Shown: positions 10,601 to 21,419, numbered from the stretch's first letter. The stretch: DNA of 64,000 nucleotides from Bacteriovoracia bacterium (GCA_046570105.1 JBKHVI010000001.1:1-64000), one strand, 5' to 3'. Program-made: numbers and translations. The notes: a model not told the origin generated them from the sequence alone.

Positions 10601-11790
10601 TAATGCAATTTCGCTAAGGCCGTTTTAATTCTATTCACCGCTTCAGTGATCTTTGCTTCACTGGTGGCATATGAGAGGCGGAAGTAATCAGGAGCGCCAA
10701 ATGAGCCGCCTGGAGTAAGGGCCACGTGAGCTTCATCCAAGAGCCACAAGCATAAATGCTTAGCGTCTGTGATGGTCGTTTTTCCATCGGTCTTACCAAA
10801 GTACTTATTCACTTTCGGGAAAAGGTAGAATGCTCCCTCTGGATGATTGACTTCGACGTGCGGAATCTCTTTAAAGAGCTTCACAATCAAATCACGACGC
10901 TTACGAAACTCTTCGCGCATCGGTGCAATCTCACTCGGATCGACATCCATAGCAGCGATGACAGCTTTCTGGGTAATTGAACAAGCGCCACTGGTGAACT
11001 GACCTTGGATTTTCACACAGGCATCAGCGATGGCCTTAGGCGCACCGATGTAACCTAAGCGCCAGCCCGTCATGGCAAAGCCTTTTGAAACACCATTCAC
11101 TGTTACCGTACGGTCAAATAATTCTGGAATCGCAGCAAGAGAAAAAGTTTTACCTTGGAAATTAATATGCTCGTAAATCTCATCTGAAATAATGACGACA
11201 TGAGGATGCTTCTTAAATACTTCACCTAAAGCGCGCAATTCATTCTCAGTATAGGTCGTTCCCGTTGGATTACAGGGACTCGAGAACAAGAAGGCTTTGG
11301 TTTTAGGTGTGATCGATTTTTCAAGTAGAGCAGGTGTGAGTTTGAAATCGGTTTCGATGCCAGTTTTAAGTTCAACCACTTTACCATCAAAAAGTGTCAC
11401 CATTTCTGCGTAACTGACCCAGTAGGGAGCAGGCAAAACCACTTCATCACCTGGATTCACCAGCGCCATTATAACATTGATAATCGATTGCTTGGCGCCA
11501 GTCGAAGTTACAATTTGATTCGGTTTATAATCAAGTCCGTTATCACGTTTAAACTTGCGCGCAATGGCTTCTTGCAAATCTTTGTAACCTGGAACTGGTG
11601 TGTAGTAGGAGAAATCTTTATCAATCGCTTCTTTGGCTGCACGCTTGATAAAATCTGGTGTTTTAAAATCAGGCTCACCCAAACTCATGTTGATAACATC
11701 AACACCTTTGTCTTTGAGTTCGTTCGCCCGTCGACTCATGGCCAATGTTTCTGACTCAGCAAGATTCTGGACACGATTTGATAATTGCAT
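10600..11790 (-). CDS. aspC: aspartate aminotransferase (class I PLP)
   Basis: GEPDF, SPCNPTG, SDEIYE, SKGFAMTGWRLG PLP-lysine motif. Confidence 0.9.
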   Translation of the reverse strand: MQLSNRVQNLAESETLAMSRRANELKDKGVDVINMSLGEPDFKTPDFIKRAAKEAIDKDFSYYTPVPGYKDLQEAIARKFKRDNGLDYKPNQIVTSTGAKQSIINVIMALVNPGDEVVLPAPYWVSYAEMVTLFDGKVVELKTGIETDFKLTPALLEKSITPKTKAFLFSSPCNPTGTTYTENELRALGEVFKKHPHVVIISDEIYEHINFQGKTFSLAAIPELFDRTVTVNGVSKGFAMTGWRLGYIGAPKAIADACVKIQGQFTSGACSITQKAVIAAMDVDPSEIAPMREEFRKRRDLIVKLFKEIPHVEVNHPEGAFYLFPKVNKYFGKTDGKTTITDAKHLCLWLLDEAHVALTPGGSFGAPDYFRLSYATSEAKITEAVNRIKTALAKLH

Positions 11791-11820
11791 GAGAGTTCAT
11801 CCTTCGGGAGAGGTTCCCGC

Positions 11821-12249
11821 CTATTTTAGAAAAGTGCGCAGGGTTGCGATAGTCACTTGTGCCTGTTCTGGTGTGATGTTTTTATTAGCAAAGTCTTGCA
11901 TCTGTAACCAAGGAGGATTTTCGCGCTTTGGGTCATCAATATAACGCGGGAAAAGATGCCAGTGCACATGGTCGACGACATTACCGAGAGAACAAAGATT
12001 CATTTTAAATGGATTGAGGGCCTTCTCCACCGCAGACTGCGCGCGCAACAATTCTTGAAAAACCGCTGTCGATTTCTGACTAGTCAGCTCAGTCATCTCG
12101 CGATGATGACCCTTAAGTAACAAGACGCTGTAGCCGGCGTAATATTGATGCTCGCCTAATAACCACCAAGAATTTTCAAATTCATGTATGAGAAAAGGAT
12201 ACTCGCCTTTAATTAGTTTTTTTTCGCGTTCACATAAGGCGCAACTCAT
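11821..12249 (-). CDS. HIT family protein
   Basis: N-terminal CxxC and HVHWH histidine triad; start overlaps upstream stop. Confidence 0.88.
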   Translation of the reverse strand: MSCALCEREKKLIKGEYPFLIHEFENSWWLLGEHQYYAGYSVLLLKGHHREMTELTSQKSTAVFQELLRAQSAVEKALNPFKMNLCSLGNVVDHVHWHLFPRYIDDPKRENPPWLQMQDFANKNITPEQAQVTIATLRTFLK

Positions 12250-12845
12250 ACCACTCCTCTTTCTGCATCCAGAAACCAACCCGTCAAAGATCTTCTCTCT
12301 CTCTTAGCGGGAAGAACTTCATGAGGAAATTCTTCACTCAAAAATGCCACCAGTCGTCCACCCAAGGGAGCCACCCTCTTTATCTCAACATCAATCTTGT
12401 TAAAGATGACCAACTCTCCGCCAAAATGTGGCGACCAATTCTCGTTGAGATAGAGTATAAGCGAAAGTTTGCGATGAGAGGAATTTTGATGGCGATCAAG
12501 GTGTTTCTTGTAACCTGCACCTGCAGGATAAATCGCCAAATGCGCTTCCCAATTTTTGAGTCCCAAAAATAATTCGCGATTGAGTTGAACTCGCAATTCA
12601 TCAATTCTTTTTAAGATTGATGATAATTCTGACGGAGGATCAAGTGGGTCAAACCACCAAGTCTCATCACCTCTAATTTCTGCGTTCAAAACTTGGTTTT
12701 CGGCTTTACCAATCTTCGCTGGAGTAAATTGCTTGTCTATCATCCATTGGTCAAAACCACGCGAGATACGTGCCAACTCCTGATCACTTAACCAGTTATC
12801 AACCACTCCTAGGCCATCTCTCGCAAGACTCGCAATTAAATCCAC
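12246..12845 (-). CDS. 2OG-Fe(II) oxygenase (prolyl hydroxylase-like)
   Basis: IRGD, HLD, YLNENW..GGEL, HEV, RRSLTGW. Confidence 0.88.
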   Translation of the reverse strand: MDLIASLARDGLGVVDNWLSDQELARISRGFDQWMIDKQFTPAKIGKAENQVLNAEIRGDETWWFDPLDPPSELSSILKRIDELRVQLNRELFLGLKNWEAHLAIYPAGAGYKKHLDRHQNSSHRKLSLILYLNENWSPHFGGELVIFNKIDVEIKRVAPLGGRLVAFLSEEFPHEVLPAKRERRSLTGWFLDAERGVV

Positions 12846-12917
12846 TTCGCCTCCGGCGATTTCTTCCCTATTGTACGCATAGCTACTAGGCCCGAAAATG
12901 GAAAAAAAGGATATTCC

Positions 12918-13433
12918 ATGACACGAGCGATACTTTGCTTCTTATTTTTTCTTTCTATGCTTTTCACTCTAGATGTTCCGGCAGCTACTCAAGGCACGAA
13001 AAGCTGGACGCGTGAGACAAAGGCTATTCTGAGAGAGTATTCCTACGCTTGCCGAAATTCCGATGTGGTGGTTGATGAGATAGTCAGTGACTCTCATATC
13101 GCCGGCCGGGTAATCGGTTTGCCACAAGATTCTTATGAAAAGTTCAAAGTTATCTTCTATGTAAAAACCAATCGCTGGTACGTACATCCTTACTTCCAAC
13201 CAGAAAATCCAGAAGAAGGATCTGCTTTTGCCAAAATTCGTGAAGACGGAAGCTTTAGAATCAAAACGGTGAAACGTAATGTGAACGCTTCTCGCTTAGC
13301 TGTCAGTGTGGTGCCTGAACCTTATGTGATTTCATCGCAAAGAAGATGGCTGCGCCCGTTCTTAGGTTTGTTCGGCGGCGTCTTTAAGTATTCTTGTCGC
13401 GGAGTTGTCGTTCCTTTGAACGGCGAGCTGTGA
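12918..13433 (+). CDS. exported hypothetical protein
   Basis: 171-aa ORF with hydrophobic leader; 3' end overlaps the convergent MATE gene. Confidence 0.65.
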   Translation: MTRAILCFLFFLSMLFTLDVPAATQGTKSWTRETKAILREYSYACRNSDVVVDEIVSDSHIAGRVIGLPQDSYEKFKVIFYVKTNRWYVHPYFQPENPEEGSAFAKIREDGSFRIKTVKRNVNASRLAVSVVPEPYVISSQRRWLRPFLGLFGGVFKYSCRGVVVPLNGEL

Positions 13434-14729
13434 GACTTTTCTCCACGTCAAAATAAACAATCCACTGGCGACCAGCGCAAGCGAAATCGCCAGTCCGACC
13501 CAAAATCCCTGCGCTTCCAATCCAAATTTATTTCCTAAGCTCCAGCCGAGTGGAATACCAATCACCCAGTAGCCAATAAAAGTAATTATTGAAACCGGAC
13601 GAGAGATGGTGAGTCCGCGCAAAATCGCACCGAGTGTAACTTGGGCCCCATCAAAAACTTGGAAGAGAGCAACCCAGAACATTAATTTAATTCCAAAAGC
13701 CAACACCGCTTCTTCTGAACCAAACCAACTTAAAATGGGGCCAGGAACAGTGGCGAAAGTCAGCGCTGAACAGGCCATGAATCCCACGCTCATAGACAAA
13801 CCGACCCAAGCGTAGCGCGAAATCATATGCGCATTCTTTTCACCAAACGCATGACCGACTTTTACACCGACTGCGCTGGCAATCGCCATGGGAATCATAA
13901 ATGTCACTGAGGCCAAGGTGAGTACGAGATTATTGGCCGCAGTTTGAATTTCACCAAACTGACCGACAAAAAGTGTCACTGAACAGAACGCCATGACTTC
14001 GAAGAACATGGCAATCGCTGTCGGCCACCCGAGTTTGATAACTTCACGAATAAAATGCCAATCGACTCTTCTTGATTTGATAAAAACCGGTAGCACCGGA
14101 ATCAATAATAGAATTCCTAAAAAACAACGAACCAGTAATGAGGCCCAGGCCAATCCATCAACGCCAAGATTAGGGAATCCCCAATTGCCGAAAACTAATA
14201 ACCAATTAAATAAAAGATTGGCAGGCACGCCTAGAATTGAAACTGCATTGGCCCAAAAAGTTTTTTCGTGGGCCTGCAACCATTCACGCAAAGAGGTGTA
14301 GAGAAATGCACCTGGAATCGACCATGCGGAAATTCGCACATAGGAAGCCACCATTTCAGTGAGTTCTGCTTCGTAGCCCAGCAAAGGAACCAAGTACGAA
14401 GCGAGCCACGTAAGCAACATAAATGGTAGCGACAAAAGCATGGAATAAACCACTGAGGCCCAGGCCAGCTCATCAGTGGATTTTCCTTCACCACGATGTT
14501 TGGCAATGAGGGGTGAAAGCGCAAATTGAAATGCCAACCCCACGACAAAAACCGGATTCACAAAAGCTACACCAAGGCCAATGGCAGCCAGTGCAGTGGT
14601 GGAATGTTGTGTTGCCATCAACATATCGCCTGCACCAATTAACATAAGACCAAGTTGGCCCACAATGACGGGACCTGCGAACTTGATGAGCTCCGAAAAA
14701 GTTTGCGTGCGAGTGAGTTCTCTAGACAT
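13362..14729 (-). CDS. MATE family efflux transporter (NorM-like)
   Basis: About 12 TM segments, LVFGNWGFPNLGVDG, FQVFDGAQV. Confidence 0.9.
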   Translation of the reverse strand: MSRELTRTQTFSELIKFAGPVIVGQLGLMLIGAGDMLMATQHSTTALAAIGLGVAFVNPVFVVGLAFQFALSPLIAKHRGEGKSTDELAWASVVYSMLLSLPFMLLTWLASYLVPLLGYEAELTEMVASYVRISAWSIPGAFLYTSLREWLQAHEKTFWANAVSILGVPANLLFNWLLVFGNWGFPNLGVDGLAWASLLVRCFLGILLLIPVLPVFIKSRRVDWHFIREVIKLGWPTAIAMFFEVMAFCSVTLFVGQFGEIQTAANNLVLTLASVTFMIPMAIASAVGVKVGHAFGEKNAHMISRYAWVGLSMSVGFMACSALTFATVPGPILSWFGSEEAVLAFGIKLMFWVALFQVFDGAQVTLGAILRGLTISRPVSIITFIGYWVIGIPLGWSLGNKFGLEAQGFWVGLAISLALVASGLFILTWRKVSQLAVQRNDNSATRILKDAAEQT

Positions 14730-15279
14730 CGTCTTCATCCAGTGTCGGCGCCTGACCATAGAATTGTTGAAACTCTTCTTGGAAACTTAATAGGCGCGTA
14801 TCACTGAGACGATCCACGTAGAGATAACCGAAAAGATGATCGAGTTCATGTTGAACAACGGTAGCGAGAAAATTACTGGCGATAAGTATCTGCTCCTCAC
14901 CTAATTCATTCCAATATGTGACTTTCACTTGGCGAGGACGCTCCACATAACCGCGCAGTCCTGGCACTGAGAGGCAGCCTTCCCAAAAACCTTGCTTGGT
15001 TTCATCAATCACTTCCATCACCGGATTAATGAAAACGGTATAGGGCAAACTATCATCACTGCCATAACGATTTTGCCCTGGAGCCAGTTCAATCACGGCC
15101 AATTGTATCGACTCACCTATCTGTGGAGCGGCGAGACCAATACCACCGTAGTGCTGCATATTCTCGCGCATATCTGCAATAAGAGATTGGATCTCAGGTT
15201 TTCTGAGATCTTCTTTGGTGAGCTTAGCAGCGGTTTGTCTCAGGAGGGGATGTCCCATCCGGCATAAGGGGCGAATCAT
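14722..15279 (-). CDS. def: peptide deformylase
   Basis: GIGLAAPQIG, EGCLSVPG, QHELDHL. Confidence 0.95.
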   Translation of the reverse strand: MIRPLCRMGHPLLRQTAAKLTKEDLRKPEIQSLIADMRENMQHYGGIGLAAPQIGESIQLAVIELAPGQNRYGSDDSLPYTVFINPVMEVIDETKQGFWEGCLSVPGLRGYVERPRQVKVTYWNELGEEQILIASNFLATVVQHELDHLFGYLYVDRLSDTRLLSFQEEFQQFYGQAPTLDEDDV

Positions 15280-15324
15280 GGTTAGGAGTTTAGCAATTTT
15301 CCTCTCCTCTAGAAACTTTTTCCC

Positions 15325-15351
15325 TCAACTTTTAAGAGGAGTAACCGATAT
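15325..15351 (+). promoter_or_regulatory. sigma28 (FliA)-type promoter
   Basis: TCAA-N15-ACCGATAT versus consensus TAAA-N15-GCCGATAA, 30 bp before ORF 15382. Confidence 0.55.
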
Positions 15352-15381
15352 GGTCAGGTGTCACCATGATGGGGAGATTTT

Positions 15382-16062
15382 ATGTGGGTTTGCTTCAAAC
15401 GATCACTGTTATTCTTTGTACTTACACTTCCACTCGCGCAAGCAGTGAGTGCCAAAATGACCGACAAGCGCGATCCACTATTTCGTATCGAGCCTGATCT
15501 ATTAGAGCGCGGTGATGTGCACTACTCTTTCTATCAATTGCCTGCGACAACTGTACAAAAGAAGCTTCCCGAGTTCGTCGATCTCGATGGACTTAAACTT
15601 TTGGAGCGTGAAGGTGTCACCGTTCAAGTTGTAAAACTCGCCTACGTCGTCAACAAGCCAGCAGGTTTTTTCTCCGCCACTCAAGTCACAGATCCGGCTT
15701 GGGTTGAAACACTTTTAGGACATAAAGTAGAACAGATCACAGAAGGTCACTATCAAGTGCCGGGTGATAAGTTTCATGTCTACTATGATTCAGATGACAT
15801 GACCTCAGTGAAGAACTCGCGCATTGTCCACGCCGTCACTCAAAGTAAAAAACTCGATCCCATTTCCTTGAGTGGTTTCTCAACCGTCATTCTTCACAAC
15901 AGTGACATGTTGCAGGTGGATAACCATGTCCCACTCTCATCCAAGAAAACTCTTGTGGTGAGCTACCAGCTATCTGTTGTAAAAAAATCCGACGAAGCAA
16001 AAGCACAGCGCGCGAATTTCCTAAAAGAAACCCGCGCGCGCCTGGCACGTGCTTATCCTTGA
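15382..16062 (+). CDS. secreted hypothetical protein
   Basis: 226-aa ORF with signal-peptide-like leader and GGGGAG RBS. Confidence 0.7.
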   Translation: MWVCFKRSLLFFVLTLPLAQAVSAKMTDKRDPLFRIEPDLLERGDVHYSFYQLPATTVQKKLPEFVDLDGLKLLEREGVTVQVVKLAYVVNKPAGFFSATQVTDPAWVETLLGHKVEQITEGHYQVPGDKFHVYYDSDDMTSVKNSRIVHAVTQSKKLDPISLSGFSTVILHNSDMLQVDNHVPLSSKKTLVVSYQLSVVKKSDEAKAQRANFLKETRARLARAYP

Positions 16063-16388
16063 TCAATCACGAGCGCTTTCGGACGTTGAAAGCGCTTATT
16101 GATGCGATCTTTAGTGTAGCGTTTAAACTCACCTACTTTTCTCATCAATGCATCGAAAGCTCTATTAAGGCCTTCGGCCAGATTATCTCCCTCACCAGTT
16201 ACCCACCAGTCGCGTCCCATGGCGACAGCGTGGACACGAGCGCGGTAGCGATTTCCTTCTTGGCGAAATCTCACACCTAACTGCCCATCAACCGGAAAGT
16301 GCTTTTCCAAGCGGCCAATCTCGCGAGCGAGAATTGGATCCATAAAAGGAGAAGCGGGGATGTTGTGCCAATTAACTTGAACGTTCAC
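16053..16388 (-). CDS. HPF/RaiA-like ribosome-associated protein (divergent)
   Basis: Size and pattern MNVQVNWHNI..RLEKHF..DNLAEGLNRAFDALMRKV; AGGAGG RBS. Confidence 0.6.
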   Translation of the reverse strand: MNVQVNWHNIPASPFMDPILAREIGRLEKHFPVDGQLGVRFRQEGNRYRARVHAVAMGRDWWVTGEGDNLAEGLNRAFDALMRKVGEFKRYTKDRINKRFQRPKALVIDQG

Positions 16389-16448
16389 TAGAAACCTCCT
16401 TGTGTCAGTTCGTATAAATAGCTTAGGCCTCTAGGTGCTCCGGCAACA

Positions 16449-16581
16449 TGTCCAAATCTAGATGCTTACCTTCACTTATCTAGAAGACCTGTTGAAAAAT
16501 TTGACAATGATCCCAAAAGTGTCAAGGGTTTAGACAATTATCCCCTTGAAATCACAGGGATTCACCTGGCACGTATCTTGG
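16449..16581 (+). promoter_or_regulatory. sigma54 promoter with upstream palindromic activator sites
   Basis: TGGCACG-TATC-TTGG at 16567-16581; TGTY-N9-GACA palindromes at 16490-16506 and 16520-16536, weaker copy at 16449. Confidence 0.6.
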
Positions 16582-16608
16582 ATATAGAGAGGCACAGGGA
16601 GACACTAT

Positions 16609-16980
16609 ATGAAAACGATCAACTTAACTCACATCTTTAGCATCATGGGCTTGCTCTTAGCTTTGAATATCTTCGGCAAAGCGCACGCCTCAACCATTCA
16701 GTGTGAAACGGCTTTTGGGGAAAAGACGTTTATCATTGAAGCGGATCGCGTGGTCTTTTCCAAAGATATGCCAGAACAGGGCCGCTCAATTTCATCAATT
16801 GATCATGTTCGTACAGAGCGTCGTCACAAAGGTTTCGATAAAGTGCTTTTCAAAGATGGTTTGAAGCACAGAATCCACATCGAAAACCCAACAGCGTTAA
16901 ATGAAGTGGATGACTACATGGTAATCACGTCCCCAAAAGGACACGAAATGACCTACCCCCTGTCATGTCGTAAGTCCTAG
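16609..16980 (+). CDS. secreted hypothetical protein
   Basis: Signal peptide ending AHA; one Cys near each end of the mature chain. Confidence 0.75.
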   Translation: MKTINLTHIFSIMGLLLALNIFGKAHASTIQCETAFGEKTFIIEADRVVFSKDMPEQGRSISSIDHVRTERRHKGFDKVLFKDGLKHRIHIENPTALNEVDDYMVITSPKGHEMTYPLSCRKS

Positions 16981-16994
16981 TTTCCCCCCTGTCG

Positions 16995-17029
16995 AAAATG
17001 GGGTTCACGGGATGTGAACCTCATTTTTT
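16995..17029 (+). terminator. intrinsic terminator
   Basis: aaaatggggttcac-gggat-gtgaacctcatttt plus T tract. Confidence 0.8.
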
Positions 17030-17096
17030 ATTCTGAGTAAATCTCTCCACCTTTCTCTTGTTTCCACCTCACATCTCTTCTGAATAAAATTTCTAT

Positions 17097-17822
17097 ATGA
17101 AATACCTTATTTGTTTTGTTCTCTTTACGAGCGCAGCCTGGGCTAATCGTCCAAAGGCTTACACCGAGCTTGCTGATTATGTGATTCAGGCCCCTGATCA
17201 GGCCGACACAGGAACATGTTTATTTATGGGATCGACTGGCTCACTTGAAATTCTTTTGAATCAACGTGATGGTCTTAGAGACCAACGTCCTGGTGACATC
17301 AACGATCTCTCCGAGACATTTTTGATTCACCAGAAAGCTTGGAACTCTCGCTTACCTACTATTGAAAGTGCTTTCATGAAATTCAATTGGGGCGAAACGA
17401 TGCATGCAAGTGTACTGCCTTTTGATGCTGAAACTGTTTGGACTAAGCCACCCGGCTTTGGCGTACTCGAACGAATTGAAGCACCAAAAGTTAAAACCAT
17501 TCGCCTCTTCAACTCTGGCGGTCAGTGGGACACCAATGTTCTCAAAATCAGTGATCTTGAAAAAGTTAAGCAGGCCATGTGGAAACACAAAAGCCCAATT
17601 CTTATTAACTATAATGAGAATCGTTACTGGCACGTCATCAATATCGTGGGCTACGATGACGAACTCGAAGGTCCTTGTCATGAAATCACCGAAGAAGAGT
17701 GCGCCGTCACCAAGGGCTCATTCTATGTGCGTGATCACTTTGGCGAAGGCGTCGAAGTCAGAGATGCCGACTGGTTCCGAGTGAAAGGCAATGCAGCTAT
17801 CGTAGTGAAGCTTGCTGAATAA
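17097..17822 (+). CDS. secreted papain-like (C1) cysteine protease
   Basis: Signal peptide; DQADTGTC (oxyanion Gln, catalytic Cys), DLSE, WHVINIVGYDD (His), FYVRDHFG. Confidence 0.7.
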   Translation: MKYLICFVLFTSAAWANRPKAYTELADYVIQAPDQADTGTCLFMGSTGSLEILLNQRDGLRDQRPGDINDLSETFLIHQKAWNSRLPTIESAFMKFNWGETMHASVLPFDAETVWTKPPGFGVLERIEAPKVKTIRLFNSGGQWDTNVLKISDLEKVKQAMWKHKSPILINYNENRYWHVINIVGYDDELEGPCHEITEEECAVTKGSFYVRDHFGEGVEVRDADWFRVKGNAAIVVKLAE

Positions 17823-17891
17823 CCCTTATTGCGCTGCTCATCTCTTTCCTGTCTAGGCCTATTCCGGTAAACTCCTCTCTCGGAGGACGAC

Positions 17892-20297
17892 ATGGAATAT
17901 AAGCATCTCGAGATTGAAGCCAAGTGGCAGAAGTACTGGGCCCAGAACAAAACCTTTAAAACGGTACTGGATAAAACAAAGCCTAAGTATTACGTCCTCG
18001 ATATGTTTCCTTATCCATCGGGGGCTGGTCTTCACGTGGGACACCCAGAAGGTTACACCGCGACTGATATCATGGCGCGCTTCAAGCGTATGAAGGGTTT
18101 CAATGTTCTCCATCCAATGGGATGGGATTCATTTGGTTTACCAGCAGAAAACTACGCTATCAAAACTGGTATTCACCCTGACATCGTGACTCAACAAAAT
18201 ATCGCCACTTTCAAACGTCAACTCTCCTCTTTGGGCTTCAGCTACGATTGGGATCGTGAGATTGCGACGTCTAACGTTGATTACTACAAATGGACGCAAT
18301 GGATATTCGTTCAGCTCTACAATAAGGGCCTGGCTTACGAATCTGAAATGATGGTCAACTGGTGTCCTGAACTTAAAACCGTTCTTGCAAACGAAGAAGT
18401 CATTAACGGCAAATCAGAAGTGGGCGGTCACCCAGTCATTCGTAAACCCATGAAACAGTGGATGCTCAGAATTACTCAATATGCTGAGCGCCTCTTAGCA
18501 GATCTTGAAACACTTGATTGGTCTGAATCCATCAAAGAACAACAGCGTGTATGGATCGGTAAGTCTGAAGGGGCCACCATCAAGTTTGCCGTTGATGGCG
18601 CGAAAGAAACGATCGAAGTCTTCACCACTCGCCCAGATACACTTTTCGGTGCGACCTATATGGTGCTTGCACCGGAACATAAACTCGTTGATGTGATTTC
18701 TACGGCTGATAAAAAAGCGGATATTGAAAAGTATCGCGGAGTCTGTGCGCTTAAATCAGATCTTGAACGTACCGAACTCAACAAAGACAAATCAGGCGTC
18801 TTCACCGGTGCCTACGCCATCAACCCTGCTAACGGACAAAAGATTCCGGTGTGGATCGCTGATTATGTCCTCACGACTTATGGCACAGGGGCCATCATGT
18901 CAGTGCCAGGCCACGACGAGCGCGACTGGGAATTTGCTAAAAAGTTTAATCTTCCTATCGTGGAAGTTTTGAAGGGCGGCAACGTCCAAGAAGCGGCTTT
19001 CACTGAAGATGGCGAACACATCAATTCTGAGTTCTTGAATGGCACCAACAAAGTTGATGGCATCAAAAAGATGATCGCTTGGTTAGAAGAGAAAAATCTT
19101 GGTACAAAAAAAGTTAATTATAAACTTCGTGACTGGCTCTTCTCACGCCAACGCTATTGGGGCGAGCCGTTCCCGATTTTGAAATACGAAGATGGCACCG
19201 TTCGCTGTCTTGACGCTGATGAACTTCCAGTCGCTCTTCCTCCCGTTGAGCGCTATGAACCATCAGGCACGGGTGAATCACCACTTGCTACCATTCCAGA
19301 ATGGGTGAATGTTATTTGTCCCAAGACAGGCAAGAAAGCTCGTCGCGAAACCAACACCATGCCTCAGTGGGCCGGCTCATGCTGGTACTATCTTCGCTTT
19401 ATTGATCCAACCAACGAAAAAGGTGCCTGGGATAAAGATCTTGAAAAATTCTGGATGCCAGTTGATCTGTATGTCGGTGGAACTGAGCACGCTGTTCTTC
19501 ACTTATTGTACTCGCGCTTTTGGCATAAAGTTCTCTATGACCTAAAACTTGTTTCAACCATCGAGCCTTTCCAGAAATTGGTGAACCAAGGAATGATCCT
19601 TGGTGAAGACGGCGAGAAGATGAGTAAGAGTCGCGGCAACGTCATTAACCCCGATTCAATTGTCCAAGAGTGTGGCGCGGATACTTTGCGCTTGTACGAA
19701 ATGTTCATGGGGCCGCTTGAGAAAGTGAAACCGTGGAATCAAAACGGTGTGAAGGGTGTTCATACTTTCTTGTCACGAGCGCTTCGCATTTTTGGCAACA
19801 AAGATCTTTGGCACGATGGCGCGGAAGATCCGGCCGTCTTAAAAGAGCTTCACAAGTCGATCAAGAAAGTAACGGAAGATATTGAAGGCATGAAGTTCAA
19901 TACAGCTATTTCTCAGCTGATGATTTTAGTGAACGTTGCCAGCAAAGTCGGCAAAGTCACTAAGAAGAGTGCTGAACTTTTTGCTTTGATCATTTCTCCG
20001 ATGGCACCTCACGTAGCCGAAGAATTGTGGGAGATGACAGGTCACACGAAGACACTCGCCCATGAAGCATGGCCCGCGTTTGATCCCGCTCTCGCTAAAG
20101 ACGACACCATTACTATGGCCGTGCAGGTGAATGGAAAAACGCGCGCAACCATTGATGTGCCGGCAGATATTTCTAAAGAAGACTTCCTGGCGACCGCCAA
20201 AGCCGAGGCTAATGTGGCGAAATGGTTGGCAGAAGGACAACTCGTTAAAGAGATTTATGTTCCGGGTAAAATTTGCAACTTTGTCGTCAAAAGCTAA
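17892..20297 (+). CDS. leuS: leucine--tRNA ligase
   Basis: [14 protein letters not shown] (HIGH), KMSKS, TTRPDT editing domain. Confidence 0.98.
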   Translation: MEYKHLEIEAKWQKYWAQNKTFKTVLDKTKPKYYVLDMFPYPSGAGLHVGHPEGYTATDIMARFKRMKGFNVLHPMGWDSFGLPAENYAIKTGIHPDIVTQQNIATFKRQLSSLGFSYDWDREIATSNVDYYKWTQWIFVQLYNKGLAYESEMMVNWCPELKTVLANEEVINGKSEVGGHPVIRKPMKQWMLRITQYAERLLADLETLDWSESIKEQQRVWIGKSEGATIKFAVDGAKETIEVFTTRPDTLFGATYMVLAPEHKLVDVISTADKKADIEKYRGVCALKSDLERTELNKDKSGVFTGAYAINPANGQKIPVWIADYVLTTYGTGAIMSVPGHDERDWEFAKKFNLPIVEVLKGGNVQEAAFTEDGEHINSEFLNGTNKVDGIKKMIAWLEEKNLGTKKVNYKLRDWLFSRQRYWGEPFPILKYEDGTVRCLDADELPVALPPVERYEPSGTGESPLATIPEWVNVICPKTGKKARRETNTMPQWAGSCWYYLRFIDPTNEKGAWDKDLEKFWMPVDLYVGGTEHAVLHLLYSRFWHKVLYDLKLVSTIEPFQKLVNQGMILGEDGEKMSKSRGNVINPDSIVQECGADTLRLYEMFMGPLEKVKPWNQNGVKGVHTFLSRALRIFGNKDLWHDGAEDPAVLKELHKSIKKVTEDIEGMKFNTAISQLMILVNVASKVGKVTKKSAELFALIISPMAPHVAEELWEMTGHTKTLAHEAWPAFDPALAKDDTITMAVQVNGKTRATIDVPADISKEDFLATAKAEANVAKWLAEGQLVKEIYVPGKICNFVVKS

Positions 20298-20319
20298 TTG
20301 AAATGGGAGTTTCTGGGTC

Positions 20320-20853
20320 ATGCTAACTTGTCTTGCATTCGTCGCCATGGCCCAAACTCTCCCTAGCTTCGCCACTCTTGAGCGTGGCTCTGTTCGTCTT
20401 GAAACTGGCCATATCAGCACTAATATCATGCATGACCGCCGCACCTTTTTAAAGAAACAAGACAACGCACATTTCTATTTGGTGGAATCAACTCACGGAC
20501 CGATGAAGCGTTACGTGGAAAAAGTTCCACAACGTGGATTACCGGCGGAATTTTGCGGCATCATGAATGTTGAATTTGAAAACATTGAAGGCACCACTTG
20601 GTCAATGGCGGGAAATCTCACCGAAGAAAATGGCGGCCAACCAGTGACTGGACTTGTTGATACTTCTCGCAGTTACTTTTTCAATCATGTGTGGGTGAGT
20701 GTTCCTGGTGTATTGCATTTCAACGTTACACCACTTCCGAGCATCAATATCGCTGAACTCGATCTGACTGCCGTTACTTTTTGCGAAGAAGGTTCGGAAG
20801 GTTTCACTCTCGGTTGCAGCGATCATATTGATCTCTCTCATCTCAAAAATTAA
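20320..20853 (+). CDS. hypothetical exported protein
   Basis: 177-aa ORF directly downstream of leuS; start may lie slightly upstream. Confidence 0.6.
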   Translation: MLTCLAFVAMAQTLPSFATLERGSVRLETGHISTNIMHDRRTFLKKQDNAHFYLVESTHGPMKRYVEKVPQRGLPAEFCGIMNVEFENIEGTTWSMAGNLTEENGGQPVTGLVDTSRSYFFNHVWVSVPGVLHFNVTPLPSINIAELDLTAVTFCEEGSEGFTLGCSDHIDLSHLKN

Positions 20854-20939
20854 TTTCCAAACAGTGCCAGGTTATTTAAAAAGATAGCAGCCCCCTTACT
20901 GTCAATTGACCAAGTTTAACGAGATAGATACTTTAGTTC

Positions 20940-21419
20940 ATGATGAAACTTAAGGCTTTTGAGAATAGTAACTACTTCTTTCCAATAGTATTCTCAATCC
21001 TTCATATCCTCACTTACTCAACATACTTCGCACTAGAGAATAGTTTTTCAAGTGGTGCCTGGTTCACTGATGATAGATATGGATTAACGAATTTGCTTTT
21101 CTTTTGGTCGGTATATCTACCAAATTTCGCCGGATTATTTACTGCATATTATTTAATATATAAAAAAAGGTATTTTAAAACGGCATTCATTTATTTCTTC
21201 TCCATATATTGCGAACAATTTCTAATTGGTGCTGATTATATGGGAAGCTTTGATGGATATTCACTCGCCAGTGCCGACTACCAAATAATACTTACTGATC
21301 TCACGATGTCTCAAATTAATGATGGTAATACTGTTATTCATTTCAGTCTTTTCACAGCACTTGCACAATTAGCACTTACTGCTGCTTCGTCAGCATGGAG
21401 AAAGTATGTCGTTAAGTGA
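20940..21419 (+). CDS. AT-rich hypothetical membrane protein
   Basis: About 4 hydrophobic segments; overlaps next gene. Confidence 0.7.
   Translation: MMKLKAFENSNYFFPIVFSILHILTYSTYFALENSFSSGAWFTDDRYGLTNLLFFWSVYLPNFAGLFTAYYLIYKKRYFKTAFIYFFSIYCEQFLIGADYMGSFDGYSLASADYQIILTDLTMSQINDGNTVIHFSLFTALAQLALTAASSAWRKYVVK

Noticed and set aside
19926..20465. 179-aa ORF antisense to leuS, and similar long antisense ORFs over core genes
   Set aside because: Shadow ORFs arising from codon bias of well-supported genes
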